A stretch of DNA of 64,000 nt, taken from assembly GCA_002633005.1 (NCBI GenBank), contig NMRA01000191.1:612466-676465 (forward strand). The letters are read 5' to 3'. Position numbers and translations under genes: made by a program. This stretch comes from Phoronis australis (Eukaryota > Animalia > Phoronida). The notes under the pieces are model-generated. The model saw only the letters and a program-made list of their open reading frames with translations, did not search any database and was not told where the DNA came from. This document shows positions 1 to 11,374 of the stretch, piece by piece (the first letter of the stretch is position 1; every line of letters begins with the position of its first letter).

Positions 1-269
1 GCCCGTTAATGTTACAATTTGATGATCAAATAAATTTTTCATCAACTGGCAAGTTTGTCACTAATTATTGAAACCACAATATTTTCTCAGTTTTAAAGCC
101 CCACACAGTGCAGTTGTGTTTTTTCTTAATCTTTATAAAGCTGAAATGATTAGCCATTACGCTTTCGAATTGTCGTTTTCCTGTTGACCTCTAGAAATGT
201 GCAGCGGTCAAAATGAAGTATTCCCTTTCTTTGCATTTAATTTGTTTGTGTGTGTAATTATTTTTAGAG

Positions 270-1204
270 CTTTCAATTCTCTCAGGTTATTGCTGAAGGA
301 TTGCTTTCCACTTCGTCCAAAGGTAAAATAGACGGTCAGGCGGCTGGTTTCAGTCAGTTCGCTCACCTGTAACAAAATAGTCAGAGAAATAATAGCAAAT
401 TATAAAAGATAACACAAGACAAAACTACTTTAGTAAGGCAGAACATACATGACGTTTCATCTTCATTTTATATTTAAAAACTAATAATCTTTGTACCCAA
501 GTCTTATTTAAGATCTGCATTAAACTATGCGAAACAGGCTAAAAGTGTTTTAATAATGTGTATTTTTCACGACACCTAAAATGTGCATCTGATCTCAACT
601 AGTAAAATTAATTCTAGGTGTCAATTTTTATTCCAATGCAATGTTATGACGTTTAGTGAATAGCTAATTCATGTTAATTCATGCTAATCTGGTAGTCCCG
701 GGGGTGGGGTCCGCTATAAAATAAGGAAACTCACTCGTCTAAAGAATTTTATTGGACATAGCATAGCTTTGAAGAGAAACTGCTGTGAAAAAGTCACCCT
801 TGACTTCTGAGCGTCACGTACCATACACCTCTTATATTGAGCGCATTCCCACCCCTGGAGGACAATACATGTATGTTAATATGTGCTGCTAGCCTACCCG
901 GCATCCTAGTCCCGGGTGAGTTTCCAAAAAGAAACACTTAGTTCCATTCAATAAACCCGTTATTCAGTGGGGTAACTAGTGGAGATAACATCACCGAACG
1001 ATGTCGATAGAAACTTGATTGCTAAAAACTTACCAAGTAACGTTATGTAGTCTCCCAAAGGGGCTTCGGCATCCACACACTTTTTGTCAGTTGGTTGACC
1101 CTTTTGACCGCAATGCTCCACGACTGTAGTAACCTTAGGTCTTTTGTTAATTTGTGGCCACCTGTCGAAGATTTGCACCAGAGAAAATAGCAATAATAAG
1201 GCTT
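270..1204 (-). pseudogene. Degenerate two-exon THAP-domain gene of a DNA transposon (exon 1 ~1034-1204, exon 2 ~270-366)
   Basis: KPYYCYFLWCKSSTGGHKLTKDLRLLQSWSIAVKRV..WMPKP..DYITLLG aligns to the intact copy at 29076-29277. Same donor (TTACTTG|GTAAG) and acceptor (TACAG|GTGAG). The RVCSKHF segment is deleted and exon 2 has TGA stops and a frameshift. Confidence 0.8.
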
Positions 1205-1243
1205 TGCGCGACGACGCATTTTGATAACAATCCGTCTTTTTAC

Positions 1244-1910
1244 CACAGGCGTCCTCAGCTTCTGATCGTCCCCAATACACTACATATAATACTACAAGGT
1301 AGGACACTCCCGACTAGAAATTCCACGGGTGCTTCACTTCAGCCGTCCATAGCAAACATAAAACTCAATAAATTTACACAAAACAGGGGTTCAACAAACC
1401 ATGAAGAATTGTTCTTTCTCCCAATACCATTCACGGTGTCCTGTTACGGCGACTTCGTAAGAAATTCCCAGTAAAAGAACAAAAATGTTCACAAAAAGCC
1501 CCCACACACGTTCTCCCTAGGCCCGTCGAGGTCAAGGACGGTACGGAAATTGCCGGTGAGTTACGGAAGTAGCGACATCGTGACTTTACGCGACAAAGCG
1601 GCAATTTCCGTACCGTCCTTGACCACGACTGGCCTAGGGAGAACGTGTGTGGGGGCTTTTTGTGAACATTTTTGTTCTTTGACTGGGAATTTCTTACGAA
1701 GTCGCTGTAACAGGACACCGTGAATGGTATTGGGAGAAAGAACAATTCTTCATGGTTTGTTGAACCCCTGTTTTGTGTAAATTTATTGAGTTTTATGTTT
1801 GCTATGGACGGCTGAAGTGAAGCACCCGTGGAATTTCTAGTCGGGAGTGTCCTACCTTGTAGTATTATATGCAGTGTATTGGGGACGATCAGAAGCTGAG
1901 GACGCCTGTG
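1244..1910. mobile_element. Foldback MITE, 667 bp, with 312-bp near-perfect inverted arms and an 8-bp TSD (P- or hAT-like)
   Basis: Arms 1244-1555 and 1599-1910 are reverse complements around a 43-bp spacer. Termini CACAGGCG...CGCCTGTG; CTTTTTAC duplicated at 1236-1243 and 1911-1918. Confidence 0.95.
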
Positions 1911-1918
1911 CTTTTTAC

Positions 1919-2012
1919 CAGCTGTTTACATGCAGACAGCGACGCATGCGCAGTTCAATCACCACTAGTACAGTAGCGACACCGCGAGGAGAATTCTCCG
2001 AATAGCCCCATT
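1919..2012 (-). mobile_element. 5' terminus of the THAP-domain element (copy 1)
   Basis: ~90 bp nearly identical to 29320-29410; homology stops abruptly after GAATAGCCCCATT in both copies. Confidence 0.8.
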
Positions 2013-2443
2013 CAGATGAGTCGCATAAACAATCAACGCATGGTATTAATGATGTGCGGTCGGCACACCAGAACAGTAGACAATAGATCAACGCTTTAGC
2101 TCCGCCCACGTGACAACAGGCCCGTAGGAATGTAAAAATTATTGGGGGGGCACCGACCCTGGTCCATACGTAACTTCTAATTTCGAAACCACTGCGTTGC
2201 ACTGGGGTGTACATATCAACGCTGTAAAATGAACTACTGCAACCACTAGGTACGTTTTGAATTATATGAAAAAATATGTCTACTAATAATAAGGTGTGTA
2301 ACAGATGCTGTACTTTTAGAGTTAATTTTTTGTTAAGATTGACTGGAAATTTTTGGAGCAACATACATGCGGCTCATACGATTACTCTTGCTGAACAGTA
2401 AGAATGAAGGTGTGAAATAATTATAAATGTTTTTATTTACTCT

Positions 2444-5223
2444 TCAACATGAATCAGTGAACGTTGCCCTGCTGCACACAGGAACTCGGGCTGCAGCTAA
2501 GTCTAACGTGGTAAAAACCCCGAATTGTGCCTTTCGCATTTCACTTCCTCGTACAAAATCGTTTGCCTCATCCACCAAATTTAGCTTATCGCACATGTCT
2601 TTGTGAACATGGAGCAACATTAAATGGTTCAACCTCCCCTGTCCCATTGTGGAACGTAAATATGACTTAACACGCCTAAGAGCACTAAATGCTCGTTCGC
2701 TACTGGCATTTGTTGCAGGCATCACTAACAGCAAGTTTGCTAGTTTAATTACATTTTCGATCAAGTGTTTTTGACCGGCTGATAATTTCTGCAAATGATC
2801 CACAACACGAGACAATGTTACCTCTTGACTACCATCCTGTGCATAATTGGCCCCAAACGTAGCCAGCTCCTCACATTGCATATAAATTTTGTAATCTTCT
2901 TGACCAAACCTGTCCCGTATTGATGCAATGATATTGTCAAGAGCTTCAAAATAAATTCTTCTATAATAATCTTCTGGACTCGAAGAAAACTCCGGAGGGG
3001 CATTTCCTGTTTCGTATCTAGCGGGTTTTCTATTGCGTCTAGGGAGACCAGGATCTTTGACGTGATGATCCTTTGCACAAGCTAGGACTTCATCTCAGAA
3101 GTTTTTAAATTCTCTGTAGTTTCTCATCCGTTCTAATGTAGTAAGGGTCATTTTGGCAATCTTTTGAGCCTCAGCCGCGGACATCTGAACGCTTTGTAAA
3201 GTTGTACTCAGATTGTCAGCATGCACCAACAGGCGCTCTGAAAGCACTAAACCGTAAAAGAAACTAAACTGTGTCATGTGAGACTGAATTCCACGTATCC
3301 GAGCTTTCATTTCTGAATCATTGCAATTTTGGACTCCCCAGGACCAGAGTTCCTGTAAACAATCATAGTTACCTATCACACGATTCAGAGCGTCAGCCTT
3401 CACGGTCCATCTCGTTGGACACAGTTGCCGAATATTACCCACTTCTCTGTCGTCAAGCAACGCATCTCGTATTTTATTCAACTGTGCGTCACGTTTGGGA
3501 GATTTTTTTATCAGTTTGGTAATTTCGTACGTGGTGTCTAAAGCATCTGCCATCAGCTTGCATCGTTTGATACTATCTGAGCAGGCAAGATTCAACGCGT
3601 GGCCATAACAATGTGTGTACAGGGCGCGATGTTCTTCCTGTTTAATGTTGACAACGACTCCATTTTTGGACCCACTCATTGTGCTGCAACCATCATAGCA
3701 TTGACCACGACATCTGCTTAAAGACAAGTTCATCCGCAACAGTGTGTCTTTTAGAAGTGACGTAATTGTTTGGGCATCCATCAATTCCAAGCGGCGAAAT
3801 CCGATGAAATCTTCATGGGGTTGTAATGATTCGTCTACCCATCGGATACAAACGACGAGTTGTTCGCTATTAGACACGTCAGTAGTTTCGTCTGCCAGTA
3901 TACTAAAATAAGGACTGCCGCGAATGCACGACGCTATTTCTCGGAGAACTTTTAAAGCCATCAGTTTGATCGCTTCATTTTGAATATCTGGAGACGTATA
4001 TTTATTTGTTTTCTGCGACAACCATGATTTCAAAATATCTGTCTGTTTCTTTTAGATGGAGTAGTTGAATAAAATTGGAATCTTGTTCATCTCCGTCACC
4101 CCTAAACGGTATACCTTGTCTTGCCAAAAAACGTATGTTTATTAATATTTTCAGGAACATTCTGCGGTTTTTCGCTTTTTGCTCTCCGTGGGCTGTTGAC
4201 AGTTGTTCCGCAACATCTTTGACAGACAACTTCACTATCAGTGTGCGTTCCATTGCTTCTTTATGGCACTCAGATTTCTCATGCTTCGTAAAGCCAGACG
4301 TCTTGTCAGTAGCCTTTTTCCAGTTCGTGTAACCGGTAACAACAAATGATAGCTCTTGTTTTGCTGAAGACAGCAGACCCATGTGGTAAGCTTTTGCACA
4401 TATGTGACACACCTTATCTTCCCCCTAAATATAATGCAGCCACGGCCATGAGATAAACCACTGTTTTTGAAATTGACGATTTTTCTTGCCAAAAGGTCGT
4501 TTTGGAAAGACGTGATTTGAAGGTTGGTGTGGATGCTCGGGAATGTCGTGTAAACCACGTTTTTCTTGCATGGTGTGAGCCGACTGAGAAGAACTGTTTT
4601 GGTGAGAGTGGGAGTTTTCACTTGGTGCTGAAGAGCTACAATAAAGATCCTGTGACTGGCTCGATGGTTCTAAATTCGTAGTACCAGATTTGTGAGTCCC
4701 AGTGTTCACCACAAGTGGCTCTGCGTGCAATGTGGCTTCTTCAGAAGTGCTGTTTTCTAACTGCGTAGGACAGCTACTGTGGGTCTCCAGGACGTCCGAT
4801 AGTTCTTTGTTTGACGTTTCAGAGTTACTCTTTATATTCCAAGCTGAAGCACCTCCAGGTTTAGTGCGTAATGCGCCGCCTATTACGTGAGATTCGAGCG
4901 TGAGTGAAGTACTGGTTACAGGCAGGGATTTTACCTTAAAGAAGGCACCTATTTTTCTTTGGTGACTGGAAGCGTGCTGCTTCTTTGCTCTTGAACATTC
5001 CTGGGAATCGTCGCAAAATCTTTTTTTGTTCATTTGACACTCAGGTACAGGGCGTGTGTTTTTTATTCTAACTGCTACGACATGATTTGGTTCAAAAATC
5101 GCGCCGGGTCGGTTGTCAAGATTTCCATCTCTAGACCACAAGAAAATCGCATATTTGTTGCATGAAGCATTTCCTAATACACGTGGTAAGATCTCCCCAT
5201 GAAGGGAATGAACACTTTTTCCT
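2444..5223 (-). pseudogene. ZMYM1-like hAT transposase pseudogene (TTF-type zinc finger, DUF4371-like region, hAT dimerization domain)
   Basis: Motifs FQKQWFISWPWLHY..CHIC, RFLARQGIPFRG, YFSILADETTDVS..EQL, QCYDG, HCYGHALNL, CPTRW, MPATNASSERAFSALRRVKSYLRSTMGQGRLNHLMLLHVH. In-frame TAG at 4425-4427, frameshift ~4010-4035, in-frame TGA at 3095-3097. Confidence 0.93.
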
Positions 5224-5224
5224 A

Positions 5225-5666
5225 NNNNNNNNNNNNNNNNNNNNNNNNNNNNNNNNNNNNNNNNNNNNNNNNNNNNNNNNNNNNNNNNNNNNNNNNNNNN
5301 NNNNNNNNNNNNNNNNNNNNNNNNNNNNNNNNNNNNNNNNNNNNNNNNNNNNNNNNNNNNNNNNNNNNNNNNNNNNNNNNNNNNNNNNNNNNNNNNNNNN
5401 NNNNNNNNNNNNNNNNNNNNNNNNNNNNNNNNNNNNNNNNNNNNNNNNNNNNNNNNNNNNNNNNNNNNNNNNNNNNNNNNNNNNNNNNNNNNNNNNNNNN
5501 NNNNNNNNNNNNNNNNNNNNNNNNNNNNNNNNNNNNNNNNNNNNNNNNNNNNNNNNNNNNNNNNNNNNNNNNNNNNNNNNNNNNNNNNNNNNNNNNNNNN
5601 NNNNNNNNNNNNNNNNNNNNNNNNNNNNNNNNNNNNNNNNNNNNNNNNNNNNNNNNNNNNNNNNNN
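5225..5666. other. Assembly gap (N run)
   Basis: Run of N. Confidence 1.
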
Positions 5667-6854
5667 ATTAACAGAATGTACCTTATTAATTTGCTAAATT
5701 TTCCTATAAGTTAATGTCAAGCAACCTATTTAGTTGCGGACTGGTATGAAATCAAAAATCAAATTCTACGGATTTACTACTTTCCAAAAATATACTTTTG
5801 CTGGGCTAAGTTGTATACAATTTAGTATATATGTATTTGGCTAAATATACAGGCATGACGAGAAGGTGCTACATAACCTTAGTAAGGCGCGATGTGTTAA
5901 TGTAAAAACTAATTTTGTATTTCTAGGCTGTTGTGATAATTTGTATAGGCTATTTACTTCGTAGTTTCTGTTAAACACGCACTCCGCTAATGGGCGTCAT
6001 TTTGCTTCTCCAAATTGAACTTTGGTTCATTTGACATTTAGTAGTACAGCAAAGCCTATAACATATTTTTTTTAACGTACATGTATTTCTTTTACTTTTT
6101 GGGTATGAAAGAAGGAATTCTGTGTTTCATATTCTTATGTTTCACTGAGCTACTACTCACGTTTCATAAGAAAGTGAAATACGTTTCTGATTTCCCCGTT
6201 ATAATGCGACACTATGGGACTTACTAAAGTAGTTCACAAATTCTATTTTGTCATTGTACTACAGCCACTGTTGAATGCTATCCGGAAATATGGTGAACAA
6301 ACAAAATTTGAGACCAAAATGCAAAAGGTGCACGTGTATTATCACCGTGGTCAAATCAATAACTGCTTCCTGTGCAAACGATCAAATCTACGGTCTTCCA
6401 GCATAGGAGTTGAGTGAACGTAGTTAATGTTAAATGCATGCACTTTATGCATGAATACCACAGTTGGAGAAAGTAGTCTGCACTATAGATAAACTGTGGG
6501 TCGTTGACCCCTTTTTTCAATTTTTCACTCCCAGTTCTTTGGAAATTTCATTGAAAATATTTAAACTCTTTAATTTTAGAGAATGAGCGTTAATACTATA
6601 AGTTTTTCGTCATTATACAAGTTATTGTCACACAAGTTAAGATATATCTCTATTCATCACCATTTAAAACAGGGTACACGTTTGAATTAGCCGATACCTC
6701 AAAACCCAGGCATTTTCTACCATAATAGCCAATGACTTCTATTTTAGCAACGGGTAATTCATTACATTTCTAGACAGACCGTGTGATTTGTCGTTTACAT
6801 TCAGCAAAACACGATCAGAAAACAAACACTATGAGCCAAAATCGATTCTTAATA

Positions 6855-6991
6855 CATGGGCGGCGCACTATAGGGGGCTGAGAGGCTATCACCCCCCTTA
6901 ATTCAGCGGTGCACCGTCCGCGGGCGTAGGCGGCGCACCTGATAGGGGGCTGAGGGAATATAGCTCCCAACTAAATGCTGCGCCGCCCATG
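6855..6991. mobile_element. Dimeric CATGGGCGGCGCA MITE with a 5-bp TSD
   Basis: TIR CATGGGCGGCGCA / TGCGCCGCCCATG, TAATA on both sides; same family at 12636, 39968, 43515 and ~50677. Confidence 0.88.
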
Positions 6992-7045
6992 TAATATCGA
7001 CTAAAGTAAAAGTCAAAAATCTACACGAAAAATATAAAATTATAC

Positions 7046-7294
7046 CAGTTATGCAAAGAGAAGCGGCTCGAAATAAACAGTTGCCGTCCCCAGATGTGCG
7101 AATGGGTTCGTGTGTTGACTGGTGAGATTCGGGATTTATGCATTTTGCGAACTCGTCGATCAGAGCATTTTCCAACAAACTAGATGTAGAAAGAGGGGAT
7201 TCAACAGCTTGTGTTACAAGGTTACTGTATGTGTCGTATATACTTCCAGCTTTCTGCGAGTCGTATCCAATCGACGCCACGAGTTCTCCAAGGC
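7046..7294 (-). CDS. Exon encoding the OTU/vertnin-like cysteine protease Cys box inside the hAT element
   Basis: PIRTSGDGNCLFRAASLCITG (GDGNC is the OTU catalytic Cys motif); candidate acceptor TTTTACAAG and donor G|GTATAA. Confidence 0.7.
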
Positions 7295-7756
7295 CTTGTA
7301 AAATACAGAATTTGTGACCACTGATCGAAATTTACTCCAGTTTCCTGCTATAACGTGCATGCGACAATCACAATGAACAGTAAAAACAACTCCACAACGT
7401 TAGAAAACTCAATTACCTCCATTGTGGTCGACATCTCGAATAATGCACTGAATACCAAAGTTCAAGCTTAGAACTGCACGCGCTACTGCTAGATATAGTA
7501 ACACTTACCGGACACACGTGAGGTCTTCACTTTGCCGACGACGCCAAACATCAACTTGAAGTCTTGTTCTGCAGTCTTGGGAAACGATTCTTTGGCGAAA
7601 TAAAAGCTGNCCCCCCCCCGGCCTCCCTCGCTTCCTACGGCCCTGGACAGCCATATTTGTTTTGGTCGTCTGTTATGCTTCACAAGTTCGCAAAATGATT
7701 AAAATTACGCTGTAAACAAACAGGTATGTGACATTTTCTAACCATGAAGTAAATAC

Positions 7757-8351
7757 CAGCTTTATTTCTAGTACATCAACCAAAACTGGGACACAATGAC
7801 CGCGCATTCTGAACGAATTTTGACCGCAAGGGGCAATCGATGCCCGCTTAACTTCAAAGCCGTTTTTCTTGGCTCGGGATTTCAGGGTAATGACAAGATT
7901 TTTGGGCCTATTTTCCGCAAAACGTGAGTCAATTTTTGCGAAATTTGCAATTTTGAAATTCTCTAGAACTAAAGCAAAATCGCGTGCCTGGGTTTTTTGA
8001 TACATGAACCAAATTTTTAGTTATTAGACGAAAAGTGACCAAAGGACAGAGGAAATGGTGTGCTTGCCACAAATTCAAGATCATAACGATTTGGTTCATA
8101 TATTTGCTATGGATAAGTAGAATATTGCGTAATGCAACAGTTGATGATAATCCCTGTGCATTTCGAAAACATACCAAGGTAAAATTTGATTTTTTGGAAA
8201 ATTAAAAAATACGATACTTAAAAAATGAACTACAATAAAAACCTTTTCTTCGGTTCTTTGTTCACTTTCAGAGTCATTTCTAATTAGTTAAAACAAACCC
8301 CCTTTATACTTACTTTAGATAGGAACCTGGAGATTTGACCAGTGTATACAC
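7757..8351 (-). mobile_element. Fragment of the Kolobok-like element seen at 57667-59163 (inverted copy of its left end)
   Basis: Reverse-complement similarity to ~57672-58283, e.g. AGGAACCTGGAGATTTGACCAGTGTATACAC. Confidence 0.85.
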
Positions 8352-9794
8352 CCCCCACCCACCCACCCCCCCCCCTTATTGCAAAAAACAACGCCATAAG
8401 TTTTTTAAAAGCGACGACAAAGTTTTGTGAAATCTTGTGAGTGCAAGGCCTGCTTCCTCGTTTTGCTTGGACATGCTACGCCTCTTTTTTTAGCTTACTT
8501 CTTTGTCCATTTGTAACCCGTGTGGTAATTTGTAATGTCTCCCTTTAGAACATGAATTTGAATGCTTACAGACGTCCCGTTATTCAGTGAGTTGCCTAGA
8601 TGCTCTGTTTATGCAGGTACGACATAATATACAGGGGATATTCTTATTTTCACACTTGCACTGAGCTCGTAAGATTTGTATCATTTGACTCGGCATGTGG
8701 CCTCGTGCTCATGGGGCCCCCAAGTAAATGTCCTGGTGAGTCCTGTGTTGGACGGCACCGAAAAAATATCTGACATCAGGTAAACAGTAATTGTATATTT
8801 ATATATAAACACGCGCGCACGCACGCACAGAACACGAACACATTAAGCTACGCAAATAAATTCACTATGTAAACAGTGTTAACAGGGTCTAAAATTTTTA
8901 TTTATGATTGCGGAACAAATAGTAAGAAACTAAACGCCACTTGTTTCTCTAAAATACTGTAACATGAATTTTTAAAGTCATGTCTGGTATTAAAATTCCA
9001 AAAACGTCATGCTGATAAACCCCTCATAGTTTGTCGAAAGTGGCTTTGAGACCCGGCGGAGCTGAAAAGATATAGGAGACCATACTATTCCGGTATCTTG
9101 CCAGGGCCACGGGTCGGTGTGTACACAAAAGCCCAATGTAATTGTCAGGTTTGTTGACTAATTTTGCCGAGAAATCATTGGTTGTCTCAAATGTCTCACT
9201 TCATTATTTCGTTATGAACAGTAATGACAAACTGAAAAAGAGGCAATGAAATTAGACTTGATTTGATAAATTGAACACACTTAGACTAACAGACAACCGA
9301 AAATTCATAGTGCAAACTTTCGCAACTCAGTCTCGATGTCGCAAACTCTAACCACAGGCCCTTGAGTTATCTATTCCTCCCACCCTAACCCGGTCCCCCA
9401 CTAACACTATTCACCGTAACATACTCCATGCCAGTGGCAGATTCCTCTTTGGCCCTGACAATAGAATACACTGGTCACGTAAAGGTCTACACGGGTAATT
9501 GTTGCTCGTTACTTATGTACAACTAAACTATAGACTCGAGAATTACCCTTGCGATTTCCGATCGTACTTTGCGCCCGAAAACATAATTGGAAAATATCAG
9601 AACATGAGAAATTTGGTGTCTCGCAAAGGTTGTCCTAAACGAATGAAAAAACAGAAGTTCATCCAATGAAATCTAATAGGCCAAAAGGTATGGAAAGCCA
9701 AAGCGGAAAAAATTGCCGGACACAAAATTTTTAATTCAAGTATTTAATTCTCTGCAAGGCCAGAAAAGGTACGCGTACCCCAAACCAAAATTTA

Positions 9795-10335
9795 TGCGCC
9801 AGAACCTGTAATTTATCACGTTAGGACTAAAATGTAACACGTCAGGCCCAAAATTTAACACGTCAGGACACAAAATTTATCACGCCAGGAGAATTTTTTA
9901 CCAGGAGAAAATTTGTTGCCAGAAAATTTCACGCTAGGAGACCTCGCGACGATGACGATCCGCAGTGTCTGTGTAACATACTCAGTCGCATACTTGCCTA
10001 TGCATTGGCTTCTGTTGTAAAACGTGGGAGAGACGACAGAAATTCAACCTTATTGTCACGAAAATGTGACTGTCGTCGGCGAGACATTGTGCACCTATTG
10101 TATGCGTCATCTCTTTGAGGGGTCGCGTGCTCGTGGATGATCACGTGGTCTCCTGGCACGAAATTTTACTGACCGTCAAAATTTTCCTGACGTGTGAAAT
10201 TTTCCTGACGCATTGAAATTTTCCTGAAGTATTAAATTTCGTGTCTCGGCGTGATAAATTATCGGTTCGAACGTGTTAAATTTTGGTTCTGACGTGATTT
10301 TAGATCCTGATGCAATAAATTTTGCTTTGTGCCTG
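9795..10335. repeat. Two facing (inverted) arrays of ~20-22 bp units around a ~200-bp core
   Basis: Units like AAATTTAACACGTCAGGAC at 9800-9943, mirrored by TCCTGACGTGTGAAATTT units at 10147-10335. Confidence 0.7.
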
Positions 10336-11374
10336 ACACTTTCCCCTTCAGGTCCAACGATAGTAAATAACGGATTTGGCATGTGAGAGGACTGGAGTTT
10401 AGCAAGCTGCACTTTCCTGAAAGCAAATGTTGCATAATTCAAATGAGGCAAATAGTAAGCGACCGGAGGCAAATAGAAGCCTTCGTTACCTCACACTCCT
10501 GTCTGGTTCAAAACTGAATAAGGCGAGCCAATCGATATACAGGTTTCATCTTGTTGAAGTTTTTGGTGGTTTAGTAATGTGAGTTACAGCTTTAACGCAT
10601 GTGTCTTTGTCTCAAAATTCAGTGTTGCATTTCCAGCAAATGGAGAATTTGTCATGTTTGAAGTGGAGTGGCCCCTCTGGCCAAATCCTTAATTCTAGTA
10701 CACATCTAATGGTAGAAAGTACTTTGTCAATCTAATTGTGGTATTTGGCTATACATTCGATTAAGTGTTTTCTACGCTGTCTATAACTGAGGAATGGTTT
10801 TAAGTGAACCACTTTTCAAAAACATTTATTCATTTCTCTGTACAACTACACACAGCTTAATTTTGGGTGTGGTACAGAAATCCGTAAGATATTTTTGAAT
10901 TTTGTCAATATTTTTGGTAATGTGGTGATACCGACCCCATCACAGCTGCAAGGACAAAACTTTGAACCTTTGACACGGTTACGCCCACTTTTGCAGGTTT
11001 TCCACGGCAAAAAGCTTCCTAAACCACCAGCAGTGTTGACAGACAGTATCTAGGATACGCCAGACATTGGAAGTCAATACAGTCTGACGATGGTGTAAGT
11101 ACTGACAGAATCATTTGTCAGAATAAATATTGATTAAGTAGTTAGTAAAAATAGATCCAGTTTAAGTTGCCCAAAATTTGTGCGTACTTTTAAATCATGA
11201 GGTCAAACTTACTGACATGTATTTTAACGTCAAAATTCTATTTTTAGACGGTGTTTACTACTTTGATTATTGGTCAATGCACTCTAAAGAGTCTAGAAAT
11301 TTCTTAGAGCAAATCGTAACAGCCCATGATACGATTAGATAAGATCATGTGGTCTTGATTTGCCAATCGCTATG

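Larger units (their letters stand above)
2117..7645 (-). mobile_element. hAT-superfamily DNA transposon (hAT5-like), spanning an assembly gap
   Basis: TIRs CAGGCCCGTAGGAA (2117) and TTCCTACGGCCCTG (ends 7645); flanks GACAA/GACAG (5-bp TSD, 1 mismatch); encloses the transposase pseudogene. Confidence 0.75.

Noticed and set aside
1154-1745. Opposing ORFs sharing FFLPIPFTVSCY..FVRNSQ
   Set aside because: Artefact of the palindromic MITE arms.
3095-3097. In-frame TGA as possible selenocysteine or readthrough
   Set aside because: Best explained as TGG to TGA decay; the same gene has another stop and a frameshift.
5162-5714. Long ORFs in the track
   Set aside because: Made of N-gap X residues.
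9800-10335. Possible CRISPR-like array
   Set aside because: Units are contiguous and degenerate with no unique spacers, and the context is eukaryotic.
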